Below, piece by piece: positions 1 to 10,336 of a DNA stretch of 64,000 nucleotides (its first letter is position 1; each line of letters begins with the position of its first letter). The notes under the pieces were generated by a model, which saw only the letters and a program-made list of their open reading frames with translations, was not told where the DNA came from and did not search any database. Location of the stretch: assembly GCA_016840085.1 (NCBI GenBank), contig JAEOTA010000014.1, positions 1 to 64,000 on the forward strand, written 5' to 3'. Source of the DNA: Promethearchaeota archaeon. Its GTDB lineage: Archaea; Asgardarchaeota; Lokiarchaeia; Sigyniarchaeales; SOKP01. A program made the position numbers and the translations under genes.

Positions 1-168
1 TAAAATTTCGGAAGGTTTTGCGGGCATTAAATAAAATAAGGATTTCACAAAGATAAATCTTTCTGTTGCTCTTGAATCGTCTAATCAATTTTGTCGGGTG
101 AGTATGGATTAACATTTAAGTTTTTTTAGAAATTATTACTAATTAACGCTTAAGGGTTCCTCTAGTAA

Positions 169-1482
169 TTAAAGGGCTTCAACCACAGTTGAAATACCCA
201 CACCAGCACCGCCACACATTAATTGCACACCGTATTTCTTATTGTTATTCTTCAAGTAGTGTACCATTTCTGTGAAATAAACCACTCCACTAGCCCCTAT
301 CGGATGTCCTATTGCGATTGCCCCGCCTGTAGGGTTTACTCGGGGATCATCAAATTCATATCCGAAATCCTTTGCAAATGCCAAACATGGGCTTGCAAAA
401 GCTTCATTAGGTTCGATTACATCCATATCATCTATTGTAAGATCAGCACGTCTTAAAGCTTTTCTCATGGCGGGAATTGGTGCCAAAAGCATGATAACAG
501 GCTCACCACCAGCAACTGCAGTTGATAGTATTCGAGCCATTGGTTTTAATCCAAGTTGATCTGCTTTCTCTCGCGACATTAACAATACTGCTGCTGCTGC
601 ATCAACTATCTGTGAAGAATTTCCGGCAGTTACTTTCCCGTGTTTTTCAGCGGACCTGAATACAGGTTTCAAACTACTTATCATCTCCCATCCTTTTTCT
701 GGGTTATCCAGATACACCTCACGTACAGTCTGATCTGTTGTTACTGTGACTTCTTCTACTTTCTGTTTTCCTGTTTTTTCATCTTTAATAGGATTCATTT
801 CTTCATCTGTATATCTCTTTAAATAAGTAACTGGAACCACTCGTTTGAAGTACTTTTCCTCATTACGCATTGCTTTAGTAGCCTTTTGATGGCTCCACAT
901 GCCAAAATGATCAAGTTCTTCTCTTGTAAAACTATATTTATCGTTTATCAACTCTGATGAAACACCTTGGGGAACCATTTTTCTCACCGGATCTTCCCTC
1001 ATTTTTTGTGAATAAATCACAGGATACTTTGGAATACGTCCAAAAATTTGCATGTCTGAACCCATTGCATAATGTGTCATTGATTCGACTCCTCCAGCAA
1101 TGCAAATATCACCGTCACCAACTTTTATCGCGTTAGCCACTGTATTGACGGCTTGAAGTCCTGCATTACAATATCTATTAACAGTTGCTCCTGCTATTTC
1201 TTCAGGTAATCCTGCCATTAATAATGCAAACCTTGCAATATTGCCACCTTGTTCTCCTATTTGTGATAAACATCCCACATGGCAATCTTCAATTTCTTTT
1301 GGATCGAAATCTGGACATATTTTTTTTGTTCTTTCAACAATCTGCTGTAACACTGTTATTAATAAGTCTTGCGCTGAGCATTCTCTAAAAGCACCTCCAA
1401 GTTTTTTCATTTGCGCTCTACTTGATTTCCCTACGGGTGTTCTAATAGCATCAATAACTACACATTCTCTTAATTCTTTCAT
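169..1482 (-). CDS. Thiolase (acetyl-CoA C-acyltransferase)
   Basis: VNRYCNAG catalytic Cys, NEAFA, GHPIGASG and CGGAG thiolase motifs. Confidence 0.95.
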   Translation of the reverse strand: MKELRECVVIDAIRTPVGKSSRAQMKKLGGAFRECSAQDLLITVLQQIVERTKKICPDFDPKEIEDCHVGCLSQIGEQGGNIARFALLMAGLPEEIAGATVNRYCNAGLQAVNTVANAIKVGDGDICIAGGVESMTHYAMGSDMQIFGRIPKYPVIYSQKMREDPVRKMVPQGVSSELINDKYSFTREELDHFGMWSHQKATKAMRNEEKYFKRVVPVTYLKRYTDEEMNPIKDEKTGKQKVEEVTVTTDQTVREVYLDNPEKGWEMISSLKPVFRSAEKHGKVTAGNSSQIVDAAAAVLLMSREKADQLGLKPMARILSTAVAGGEPVIMLLAPIPAMRKALRRADLTIDDMDVIEPNEAFASPCLAFAKDFGYEFDDPRVNPTGGAIAIGHPIGASGVVYFTEMVHYLKNNNKKYGVQLMCGGAGVGISTVVEAL

Positions 1483-1488
1483 TTTTCA

Positions 1489-2673
1489 TCACTCTATTAT
1501 AATATTTTCTTCTTTTACTACTTTATTTGGTAGATTTAAAATTATTTCTTTTGCCTCAATCATAATACCTTGAATTAGGTCATGAACTGTTGGTATCGAG
1601 TGAATTCTTCCAGTAACAACTCCCGCGTTCATAAGACTTTCATTTTCATCTTCATCTACTAGTTTTCTAAAACCTCGTTCTTCTAATTTACGAATTTCAT
1701 CTGTTGAAGGACAATGTTTCCCACGATAAAGATCTGAAGCACCCTTAATAGTTTCATCCACAACCTTAAGAGAAGCAGGATTCATTAGAAATCTCATGGG
1801 GCCAAATATTCCCCTTCCAACAATTGTATCAAATTCAGTAGCCTTTACCAATTGTTCTTTCCACATTTGTTCAAAATCACCTTCTTGAGTTGCTATGAAT
1901 CGGGTACCCATTTGAATTCCAATAGCTCCTAAAGCGAGAGCAGCAGCTAATGATGCACCATCAGCAAAGCCTCCAGCACCTACTACAGGTTTATTAACCG
2001 TCCTAACTACTTCAGGAAGAAGAACCATGGATGATGTGTCTCTCCAAGCACAATGCGCTCCCCCTTCCCTTCCTGAAGCAATAACTATATCTACACCAGA
2101 TCTTTCAGCCCTTTTTGCCCCCCTCACATTTGGACAAACATGACACCATATTAATGTAGGCAATTCTTTCTTGATTTCAAGAAACGACCGTTTTGAACCC
2201 TTTTCCTTCGCATCTACAGCCCAAGGAAGCGGATCTCCAGCTGATGTGACAACAACCCTTAATTGTTTCTTTACTTCTGGTGTTTCTTCAAAAATCTCGA
2301 TAACAGCTTTCATGAATTGCCTTGAAACCATAAAAAATTCTTTAGCAACTGGTATATTGACACCAAATACAGCTTCTGGATAATCCTTGAGTTTCTCATA
2401 AACATACCTTATTGTTTGTTTGAGGACATTTTTGGGACTGCCACCAACTCCGAACTCAAACTTTCGATCTTCCTCAGGTATGAAATTCACATCCAGTCCT
2501 GCCATACCTATTGTTGAGATTAAACCCAATCCACCCTCTTTAGCCACAGCTATGCATAATTTAGTTGTGGCGTAAGGACCCACTCCATAACCTTAAGTAA
2601 ATCTTAAGATTTTTCCGGCTTGAATAATTGGGTATTTGGTCCCGATAATTTCTTGGAATTTAGTTTGTATCAT
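1489..2673 (-). CDS. Nitronate monooxygenase / FabK-like flavoenzyme, interrupted by a 30-nt insertion near the 5' end
   Basis: EGGAH, GAGGFADG and GIQMGTRF motifs. The true N-terminus MIQTKFQEIIGTKYPIIQAG starts at ATG 2673, in frame with the ORF-track CDS but separated by an in-frame TAA at 2593-2595. Confidence 0.85.
2583..2612 (-). other. Candidate 30-nt BHB-like intron or mini hairpin insertion
   Basis: Removal gives GGA A|TG GGT (QAG-M-GP). Internal stem AATCTTAAG/CTTAAGGTT, with 3-nt bulges AA|A and AG|T flanking a CCGG/ATGG helix. Confidence 0.55.
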
Positions 2674-2757
2674 TTCAATTCGATTATTAATTTTTTTAAT
2701 TATCAATCTAAAATGTATTTTATATATTAAATTATATCGTTTCTAAATCAAGCTTCT

Positions 2758-3876
2758 TTATTTATTAAATCTGACTATATTGTTGGATTTATTTTGTATG
2801 ACTTTAACTCCCATTTCAGTAATTCTTTGCGAAAGTTCAGATATTTTCCACTTTTCATAACCTTTTACATATGTGGAGAAAGAATCTTGTAAAGGATCTT
2901 TCCATTTTGAGGGAATTTTCTTCGCACCAAGTTGAACACCCAATATTGTTCCAATATTGCCGCAATTACAATCTGTATCATATCCCATCATAGCAGCAAC
3001 ACAAATGGACTTTCCAAAAGGATCTTGCTTATCTTGGGCACCATATAAAAGAGATAATATAATTATTCCAATATTTGGTAATACATGTATTCCTCCTAGA
3101 CGAGTATTTAATAATATTCTTCTTTCTATTGGGAAAACTAAAGAAGAAATAAGCACTTTTTCTACCATCTCATCTATCCAAAATTCTCTTATTAAAATCT
3201 TCCTGGCAGCTCTAAAATCGTTTGGATTTTGTTCATATATTTTTATTCCTTTTTTAACCATCTGGGTATATAAACTTTCTTTTTCAGAAGGGAGATATTG
3301 AAGAGCACTATCAATATTATATCTAATATCCGATTCAAAGAACGCTTGCGATATTAAAACTGCGATGAAAACTTCTCCTTCAATACCTATTCTATCATGA
3401 GAGATTGAACCATCAATTTCAGCATAACTTTTAGCAAGATCTGAACAACCCGGGGTTATTAATTCCCATATATCTGCTCTCATCTGAGCACCTATGAAAT
3501 CATAATAAAAATTGTTTAAAATCCCTGATTTTGGAGGCATAATGCCTGCTTTAAGATTGTTTAGAGCAATTTTTTCAGCAGTAAAAACGTAATCCTCTCT
3601 ATTAAGGAGACTAACCCATTCTTGAGCAATTTGTTCTGCTGTTATTTCGATACCATATTTTTCTAAAGCAATTAATGCAATGATCTCATACATTTCATCA
3701 TCATTGACATGATTTAGATCTATTGGCTCGGGATAAACTGAAATATCACCATACTTCTCCTTAATATTTTCATAAGATCTTAATTCTACTGGAATTCCAA
3801 CAAAATCTCCCGCAACTCTCCCTATCCATGCTCCTAAAACTTTATTATAATATTCTTTATAACTTATTTCCATCAT
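2758..3876 (-). CDS. ADP-ribosylglycohydrolase family protein
   Basis: GDFVG, NDDEM, GAQMRAD and DTDCN motifs. Confidence 0.9.
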   Translation of the reverse strand: MMEISYKEYYNKVLGAWIGRVAGDFVGIPVELRSYENIKEKYGDISVYPEPIDLNHVNDDEMYEIIALIALEKYGIEITAEQIAQEWVSLLNREDYVFTAEKIALNNLKAGIMPPKSGILNNFYYDFIGAQMRADIWELITPGCSDLAKSYAEIDGSISHDRIGIEGEVFIAVLISQAFFESDIRYNIDSALQYLPSEKESLYTQMVKKGIKIYEQNPNDFRAARKILIREFWIDEMVEKVLISSLVFPIERRILLNTRLGGIHVLPNIGIIILSLLYGAQDKQDPFGKSICVAAMMGYDTDCNCGNIGTILGVQLGAKKIPSKWKDPLQDSFSTYVKGYEKWKISELSQRITEMGVKVIQNKSNNIVRFNK

Positions 3877-3979
3877 GACATTCTCATTTTTTTCTTTCTA
3901 TTCTTTATTGATGGATGAGTAAAAACTTATAGAATTAGTATATTTACAGTTTCTTAAAAAAGAAATCATATATAGTTCT

Positions 3980-5194
3980 TCATTCATCCTTTTTTGATTT
4001 TGAATTTATGAATTCCTTATCTTTATTTATGTAGTAAACCCATGCATTTCGAGACATTAAACAATAATCTTCAGCAGCTAGATTTTTTAACAGTTCAATA
4101 CGTAATTTCCGCGCTTCAATGATTTCTGAATCTGCTTGAATTAAGACATTTAAGACTTCTAATGCTAATTGTGCTTGATCTTGCTTTAAGAGTTCTTTTG
4201 CTCTATTTAAAATTTTATCAGAGTCTCCTATGAGATTGAAAATTTCACCCATGACCTCCTTTTCTGGTCTTGGTAAGAGATGAGCAGGATTATCATCAAA
4301 ATAGCCATGATACCAGCGATATACATTAAACGCGAAAAATTCTAGTCGGGAATAAGAAGGTCTTAAATAAGGGCTATCTTTGAGGTGATCAGGAATTTTT
4401 ACTTTATGAATCATTTCAGTAATATGCATTCCCTCATTAATGAAGTCTACCACTTGATCATGCAAATTTCGAATAACTTCGATATTTGCGTCTAAAGCTT
4501 CGCGTGCCTCTTCCCCTTTAAACATTACAGCTGCTCCATTGCAAAAAATATATTCTGGGTTTATCGTTCGAACTTCCTCCAATGCTTTAGCCCAATCTAA
4601 CGCAAAACGGGTCGGTTTCCATGGGTTACCTATATTTGGAAAAGTTCTGCCAACGATAAGATCTCCTATAAACGCAACATTTAATTCAGGTACATAGACC
4701 CAACAAACATCATCTGTCTCTGCTCTAGCGGTATGAAGTTCAAAGGTTTTATCTCCAAGTTTTATCGTCATATTTCCTAAGAAGGTTTTTGTAGGATACA
4801 CAAATTCCATCGGTATTACGACTTCAGGAATATTAAATTGAACTGCTGAGATGTGAGCTCGATGAGATGCAAGCATTTTATACCTATCTAATCGATCTGG
4901 TAAATATTTACTTGCAATAACCTCAGTTCCTTCATCCATAAATTCACTAGCACCCATAACATGATCCATATGTCCATGAGTGTAAATTATATACTTGATT
5001 TTGTCTTTAATTTGTTCCCTAGCTTTTTTTGCCGCACCACGGCTTATTAATGTATCAATAACTACAAACCCCTCAGTTGTATCAATCCATGCACATCCCG
5101 CAATTGGTAATATGGCAATATGAACGTCTTTTAGAGGATTTTTAAATTGAACCTTCTGTCCTCTTAAAACTTGAATACCTGACATAATTTTCAA
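3980..5194 (-). CDS. Metallo-beta-lactamase fold alkyl/aryl-sulfatase-like hydrolase
   Basis: THGHMDH motif, ETDD, FPNIGNPWK, C-terminal helical dimerisation region. Confidence 0.85.
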   Translation of the reverse strand: MKIMSGIQVLRGQKVQFKNPLKDVHIAILPIAGCAWIDTTEGFVVIDTLISRGAAKKAREQIKDKIKYIIYTHGHMDHVMGASEFMDEGTEVIASKYLPDRLDRYKMLASHRAHISAVQFNIPEVVIPMEFVYPTKTFLGNMTIKLGDKTFELHTARAETDDVCWVYVPELNVAFIGDLIVGRTFPNIGNPWKPTRFALDWAKALEEVRTINPEYIFCNGAAVMFKGEEAREALDANIEVIRNLHDQVVDFINEGMHITEMIHKVKIPDHLKDSPYLRPSYSRLEFFAFNVYRWYHGYFDDNPAHLLPRPEKEVMGEIFNLIGDSDKILNRAKELLKQDQAQLALEVLNVLIQADSEIIEARKLRIELLKNLAAEDYCLMSRNAWVYYINKDKEFINSKSKKDE

Positions 5195-5240
5195 CTACGA
5201 ATTTTTGCTTAGTTAATTTTTTTAATAATTTGTTTATTTA

Positions 5241-6440
5241 TTATTTTCGTGAATTTATGAATTCTTTGTCTTTGTCAATAAAATAAACCCAAGCATTACG
5301 AGACATTAGGCAATAATCTTCAGCAACCAAATTTTTTAACAGTTCAATACGTAATTTCCGCGCTTCAATATTTTCTGGATCTGCTTGAATTGGGACATCT
5401 AAGATTTCTAATGCAAGTTGGGCTTGATCTTGATCTGAGAGTTCTTTTGCTCTCTTTAAAATTATTTCAGAGTCTCCTATAAGCTTGTAAAGTTCCCCCA
5501 TGACCTCATTTTCTGGTCTTGGTAAGAGGTGGGCAGGATTATCATCAAAATAGCCATGATACCAGCGATATACGTTAAACACAAAAAATTCTGGTCTAGA
5601 ATATAATGGTCTTAAATAAGGGTTATTCGCAAGGTGATCTGGTAGTTTGATTTCATGAATCATTTCAGTAATATGTGTTCCTTTATTGATGTGTTCAACA
5701 ACCTGGTCATGAAGTGAATATATTGCTTCTATGTTATAATCTAAAATTTTGAGTGCTTTCTCTCCTTTATAATAATAACCCGCACCATTACAAAATACAT
5801 GCTCAGGATTGAGAGCCCTTACATCTTTTAAAGCTTTTGCCCAATCTAAAGCAAATCGAGTAGGCTTCCATGGATTACCAATATTTGGTAAACCCGCAAT
5901 GATAAGATCTCCTATAAACGCAGCCTTAAGTTCAGGAACATACACCCACACCGCATCATCGGTTTCTGCTCTTACACTATGAAGTTCAAAGGTTTTATCT
6001 CCAAGTTTAAGTGTCATATCTCCTAAAAAAGTTTTAGTGGGATACACAAATTCTGGGGTTCTAACAATTTCCGGAACATTAAATTGCACTGCTGTAATAT
6101 GTGCGCGATGAGGAGCAAGCATTTTATATTTATCTAACCGATCTGGTAAATATTTACTTGCTATAATTTCTGGATTATCTTTTAAGTATGCTGCTGCCCC
6201 TCCAACATGATCGCCGTGTCCGTGAGTATAAATAATATATTTAATCGTCCCTTTAATTCTTTTGAAGATTTCTTTTGCTACAGAAACTCTTGCTATTGTA
6301 TCTATAAGTACAACTCCATCAGTAGTTTCTACCCACGCACATCCTGCTATTGGTAACTTAGCGGTATAAACATCCTTCATAGGATTTGTAAAGCCGGCAT
6401 TAGGGGCTCCCAAAATTCGAGTACCTTTTATTTCATTCAT
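5241..6440 (-). CDS. Metallo-beta-lactamase fold alkyl/aryl-sulfatase-like hydrolase (tandem paralog)
   Basis: THGHGDH motif; highly similar to 3980-5194. Confidence 0.85.
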   Translation of the reverse strand: MNEIKGTRILGAPNAGFTNPMKDVYTAKLPIAGCAWVETTDGVVLIDTIARVSVAKEIFKRIKGTIKYIIYTHGHGDHVGGAAAYLKDNPEIIASKYLPDRLDKYKMLAPHRAHITAVQFNVPEIVRTPEFVYPTKTFLGDMTLKLGDKTFELHSVRAETDDAVWVYVPELKAAFIGDLIIAGLPNIGNPWKPTRFALDWAKALKDVRALNPEHVFCNGAGYYYKGEKALKILDYNIEAIYSLHDQVVEHINKGTHITEMIHEIKLPDHLANNPYLRPLYSRPEFFVFNVYRWYHGYFDDNPAHLLPRPENEVMGELYKLIGDSEIILKRAKELSDQDQAQLALEILDVPIQADPENIEARKLRIELLKNLVAEDYCLMSRNAWVYFIDKDKEFINSRK

Positions 6441-6497
6441 CTTTGATTCTCCTATTTAATTTTATAAATTGGAATTTTTAGTAATTAATATTAATTT

Positions 6498-7547
6498 CTA
6501 ATTGTTGAGATTTTTATTGATTTCTTCCCACACAGTTTCGACAGGTAAAGGTTGATAGGGTTTCATCTCAAATTGTTTCTTACTAAGCTCATAGATTACT
6601 CTATTATATGGAATTTCAATGTTTAACGAATCTGCTAATTTCACAAGATAACCTGTTAATGATTCAAGCTCAGATTGATTTTTCTGACGATGTATCATAT
6701 CTTGAGCCATGCTATTTAACCATGAATACTTAAGGTTTCGCCTAAAATTGTTTATTGCTGTCGCTTTATCAAGATTTCTACCCAATTCCATAACTTTCCA
6801 AGAAGGTAATCCTTTTAGTTCATATTCCTTATATCCCGCAGCTTTTATAACATCTACTCCTTCGAGATAGACATTCATAAAAATATTCCAAAGCAGGAAA
6901 ATTGAGTCATCGTCTCTAAGATCAGGACTAATTAAAGTGAAAGTTGAATTCGAAAGGTTTATAATCAATTTTGAATGAGCTGCATCTTGAAATTCTTTTG
7001 TCATTCTTGTTGGGATTCCAATATTAAGAATTTCAACAATTTTTTCAACAATTCCTAGATTCTTATTATTGGGGGTTCCAAGAGTTAAGTGTCCTTTACC
7101 TCTGGTTCCAAAGATTCCAGGTTTATCTCGCCAGCCTGACTGTACAACTACACAATAAACAATTTTCGTAAAATATTTTGGTAAGACTTTTTGATTCTCA
7201 AAACCATTTTGTAATCCTACGATAATTGGTTTATCTTCTAATTTCTTGGAAATATCCTTGGCAACTTCCTCTAAATCATAATTTTTAACAGTGATTACTA
7301 CAACATCAATATTAGTAAGCTCATTTAAGTCTTCGATGATTTTTACTGATATAGGTGCTGGATTATTATTTTCCCTTTCGTAAAGAATTAAACCGTTAGT
7401 TTTAAGCGCTATTGCATTTTCACCCCGAGCTAATAAGTATACATTTTCATTTTTTTGTGATAACCACCCTCCAAGAGTGGCACCTATTCCACCAATCCCA
7501 TAGAATACAATAGTTAAATCATCATTAATTTTCTCCACTAAATTCAA
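6498..7547 (-). CDS. panE: 2-dehydropantoate 2-reductase family protein
   Basis: GIGGIG Rossmann motif, TVKNYD, LQNG, KLIIN and SMAQD motifs. Confidence 0.8.
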   Translation of the reverse strand: MNLVEKINDDLTIVFYGIGGIGATLGGWLSQKNENVYLLARGENAIALKTNGLILYERENNNPAPISVKIIEDLNELTNIDVVVITVKNYDLEEVAKDISKKLEDKPIIVGLQNGFENQKVLPKYFTKIVYCVVVQSGWRDKPGIFGTRGKGHLTLGTPNNKNLGIVEKIVEILNIGIPTRMTKEFQDAAHSKLIINLSNSTFTLISPDLRDDDSIFLLWNIFMNVYLEGVDVIKAAGYKEYELKGLPSWKVMELGRNLDKATAINNFRRNLKYSWLNSMAQDMIHRQKNQSELESLTGYLVKLADSLNIEIPYNRVIYELSKKQFEMKPYQPLPVETVWEEINKNLNN

Positions 7548-7735
7548 CTCGTTTAGGAAATTATATTCTTATCTCGTAATTGCTTAAAATTAGCTCGAAA
7601 ACTATAATAATATTTCTTAATCAAAACATAAAAAAATTTTCGATTTATAAAATGAGCAAATTAATATTTTTTTTCAATTTTTCTAATATTAATTTAAATT
7701 AAAATAATTAATTAGTAAGAGAGTCTAAAAATAAT

Positions 7736-8902
7736 ATGGTAAATGTTAAAAATATTGTAGTAATCGGTGTTGGCTTAATGGGAAATGGAATTGCCCAAAT
7801 CTCATTAATGGCAGGATACAATACAACTCTTGTCGATATTTATCAAGGAATCATTGATAAAGCTGTAGCTAGCATTGAAGGTGGATTGAATAAACTTGAA
7901 TCCAAAGGAGTATTAAATGCAGCAGAAAATATGGCACGAATGAAAACAAGTTTAGATTTATCTTCTGCTGTAAAAGATGCTGATTTGATTATAGAAGCTG
8001 TAGTAGAAGATATGGATGTGAAGAAAAAGATCTTTAAAACTTGTGATGAAAATGCTCCACCTCATGCTGTAATCGCTTCAAACACATCAACGATGTCTAT
8101 AACTGAAATGGCAACTGCTACAAATAGACCAGATAAATGTATTGGTATGCATTTTTTCAATCCAGCACCTTTAATGAGGTTAATAGAAGTTATTGCCGGT
8201 GAAAAATCTTCTGATGAATCAATGGAAATTGGTGTGAAAGTTAGTGAAAGTTTACCGTGCCTTAGAGGAGATAGATACATTGCGAAAGTCTTGAAAGATC
8301 GTCCAGGATTTATAATAAACAGGCTAAATGCTCCAGGATCAATTTATTCTAGTTATCTCCTTGATCAATGCCTCGAGAAAGGAATTCCCTTTGAATCATT
8401 AGACGCGGATTATGGGAGTGGTGGACCTATGTCCCCCCTAGTTTTATCTGATTACACTGGCATTGATACAGGATATCATGTGCGAAATTATTATGCTGAA
8501 ACATTACATGAAGATTTCAGACCAGGAAAAGTTATCACAAAAATGTTTAAAGAAGGAAAATGGGGTAGAAAAACTGGACAAGGATTCTATGATTGGTCCA
8601 AAGGAAGGCCACAACCAGATTTCTCTAAAATCCAAAAAGCTGGATTGGCAGACCTTAGAATTGGTCTTGCTATACGTCTAAATGAAGGATGTAGGATATT
8701 AGAAGAAGGTATTGCTTCCGGTTGGAAAGTTATTGATGATGCGAATATGGCTGGTATGAACTTCCCAGGACCCTTTGAATATGGAATTAAAAATTGGCAA
8801 GGACTCGTTAAAGTATTAGAAGAATTCGCTGAAAAAATTGGTAGTGAATATCTTAAACCATGTGAATTGTTTAAGAGCGGGAAATTTGTAGATATGAAAT
8901 AA
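7736..8902 (+). CDS. 3-hydroxyacyl-CoA dehydrogenase
   Basis: GVGLMG, EAVVE, SNTSTMS, GMHFFNP and GRKTGQGFY motifs. Confidence 0.95.
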   Translation: MVNVKNIVVIGVGLMGNGIAQISLMAGYNTTLVDIYQGIIDKAVASIEGGLNKLESKGVLNAAENMARMKTSLDLSSAVKDADLIIEAVVEDMDVKKKIFKTCDENAPPHAVIASNTSTMSITEMATATNRPDKCIGMHFFNPAPLMRLIEVIAGEKSSDESMEIGVKVSESLPCLRGDRYIAKVLKDRPGFIINRLNAPGSIYSSYLLDQCLEKGIPFESLDADYGSGGPMSPLVLSDYTGIDTGYHVRNYYAETLHEDFRPGKVITKMFKEGKWGRKTGQGFYDWSKGRPQPDFSKIQKAGLADLRIGLAIRLNEGCRILEEGIASGWKVIDDANMAGMNFPGPFEYGIKNWQGLVKVLEEFAEKIGSEYLKPCELFKSGKFVDMK

Positions 8903-8924
8903 TACTTTTTTATTTTATTTATTT

Positions 8925-10133
8925 TTATTTATAATAGCAAAAGATTGCTAAAGATGATTTTTGTTCCTTTCTTAGTCTCTTAAAGATACCAGTAACAATT
9001 TTTTCGATATATTGGCGTCTTTCAGAGGTTTCTATATATGGGTTAGCTAACTTTCCAGCTTTTTCAAGTTCATCTGCTTCTTCCTTAGACACTATTATAT
9101 TATCACCGTTTTCTTTAGTCACAACGCAACCCGAATTTGTTAATATACGATAGTTTTCAGCAGTTTCATCATGATTACCCCAACAAATTAATTGGCAATT
9201 ACCACATGTTAATATAAAATTCTCAGTAAACCTATTTGATGCAATTTCCCCTGACGAAATATACTCTTGAGCAATTTTGTCATGTAATAATTTGGATTCT
9301 GCATAACTTCCTTCCTCTCCTACAACCCGTAAATTTTTAATAGGATGAGTAAAAAGATGAGCAAAAGTCTTATCAGCATCTTCTTCTGTTTCAGGATATG
9401 GTGTTCGCCCTGGAGACCAAGTAGACTATTTTCGGGTTTTATCCATGCCTGATAATCCCCCACAAACAGTATAACACCGAGATACGTTATTCCGCTTTGA
9501 AAATGAAAAGGAGTATCCGCCTAATGTGTATGAATCTTCTTCTTTTTTATCAAACATCCTAAAAGCGCAGACATTCACACAGAGTTTACATTTATCACAT
9601 GATGACTCTTCAGGTGGGATAGGATCAGTGGGGTTTAATTTTGCTGAAGTAACAAGCGCACCTAGCAATACTGTTGCGCCATATCCTTTTACTAGAATAT
9701 TACCTGACCATCCTATTGATCCGACGCCTGATCGGGCAGCAACCAATCTAAGGGCAAGTAGGGGAGGTAATTTAGTACGCCAATCAGGAACATCTTCGCG
9801 ATATTTAAAATTATTAATAACTGGAGCTGATTTATAACCCTTTTTCTCCAAAAAGTCTACTGTAAGCCTCGCAATTTTATAAGCTTTTAACTACGTATCC
9901 CCATTATCTATTACATGGTCAAAACGACCCCTTGGAGGTTCTTTTCCCAAATAAGAGCGTATTTTTGACTTATCCAAAGGAACTGCGAAACAAATCGCAG
10001 TTTCTGCTTCTGGTAATATATAAGTCATATCCGTGGTGGGTGGACCGCCTTCAAGTGTCTTTTTTGTAGCGAATCCTACACTCACAGCTCCTTGTTCTAA
10101 CAATAAACCTTTAATCTCATCATTTAAAGTAAT
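8925..10133 (-). pseudogene. QueG/reductive-dehalogenase-like 4Fe-4S protein with two in-frame TAG codons
   Basis: One continuous frame from ATT 10133 (7 nt after GGTGA) to 8925, with TAG at 9891-9893 and 9426-9428. Contains AARSGVG, CDKCKLCVNVC, CYTVC and TCGNCQLIC. Confidence 0.75.
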
Positions 10134-10336
10134 TTGAATCTCACCAAATTATAAATCAAGTTATCCCCAAATGCATTTTCTTGTTTTTATTTCATAATTC
10201 TATATAAAAATAGTTTACGTTTTTATGAAAAAGGTTAATAATTTCACAAAATTTTGAAACTCGTATAAATGATATTTAATATTTATATGAAAAAGAATAA
10301 TTTTTATTTATAACTTACTAAATATGCTAAACTTTA

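Noticed and set aside
223-3301. Short + strand ORFs over the thiolase, NMO and ADP-ribosylglycohydrolase genes (and similar antisense or out-of-frame ORFs throughout)
   Set aside because: Shadows of well-supported genes, with no motifs
9426-9893. Genome-wide TAG reassignment
   Set aside because: Conserved genes here (carA, pepF, rpsJ, mpg) end at TAG at their expected lengths
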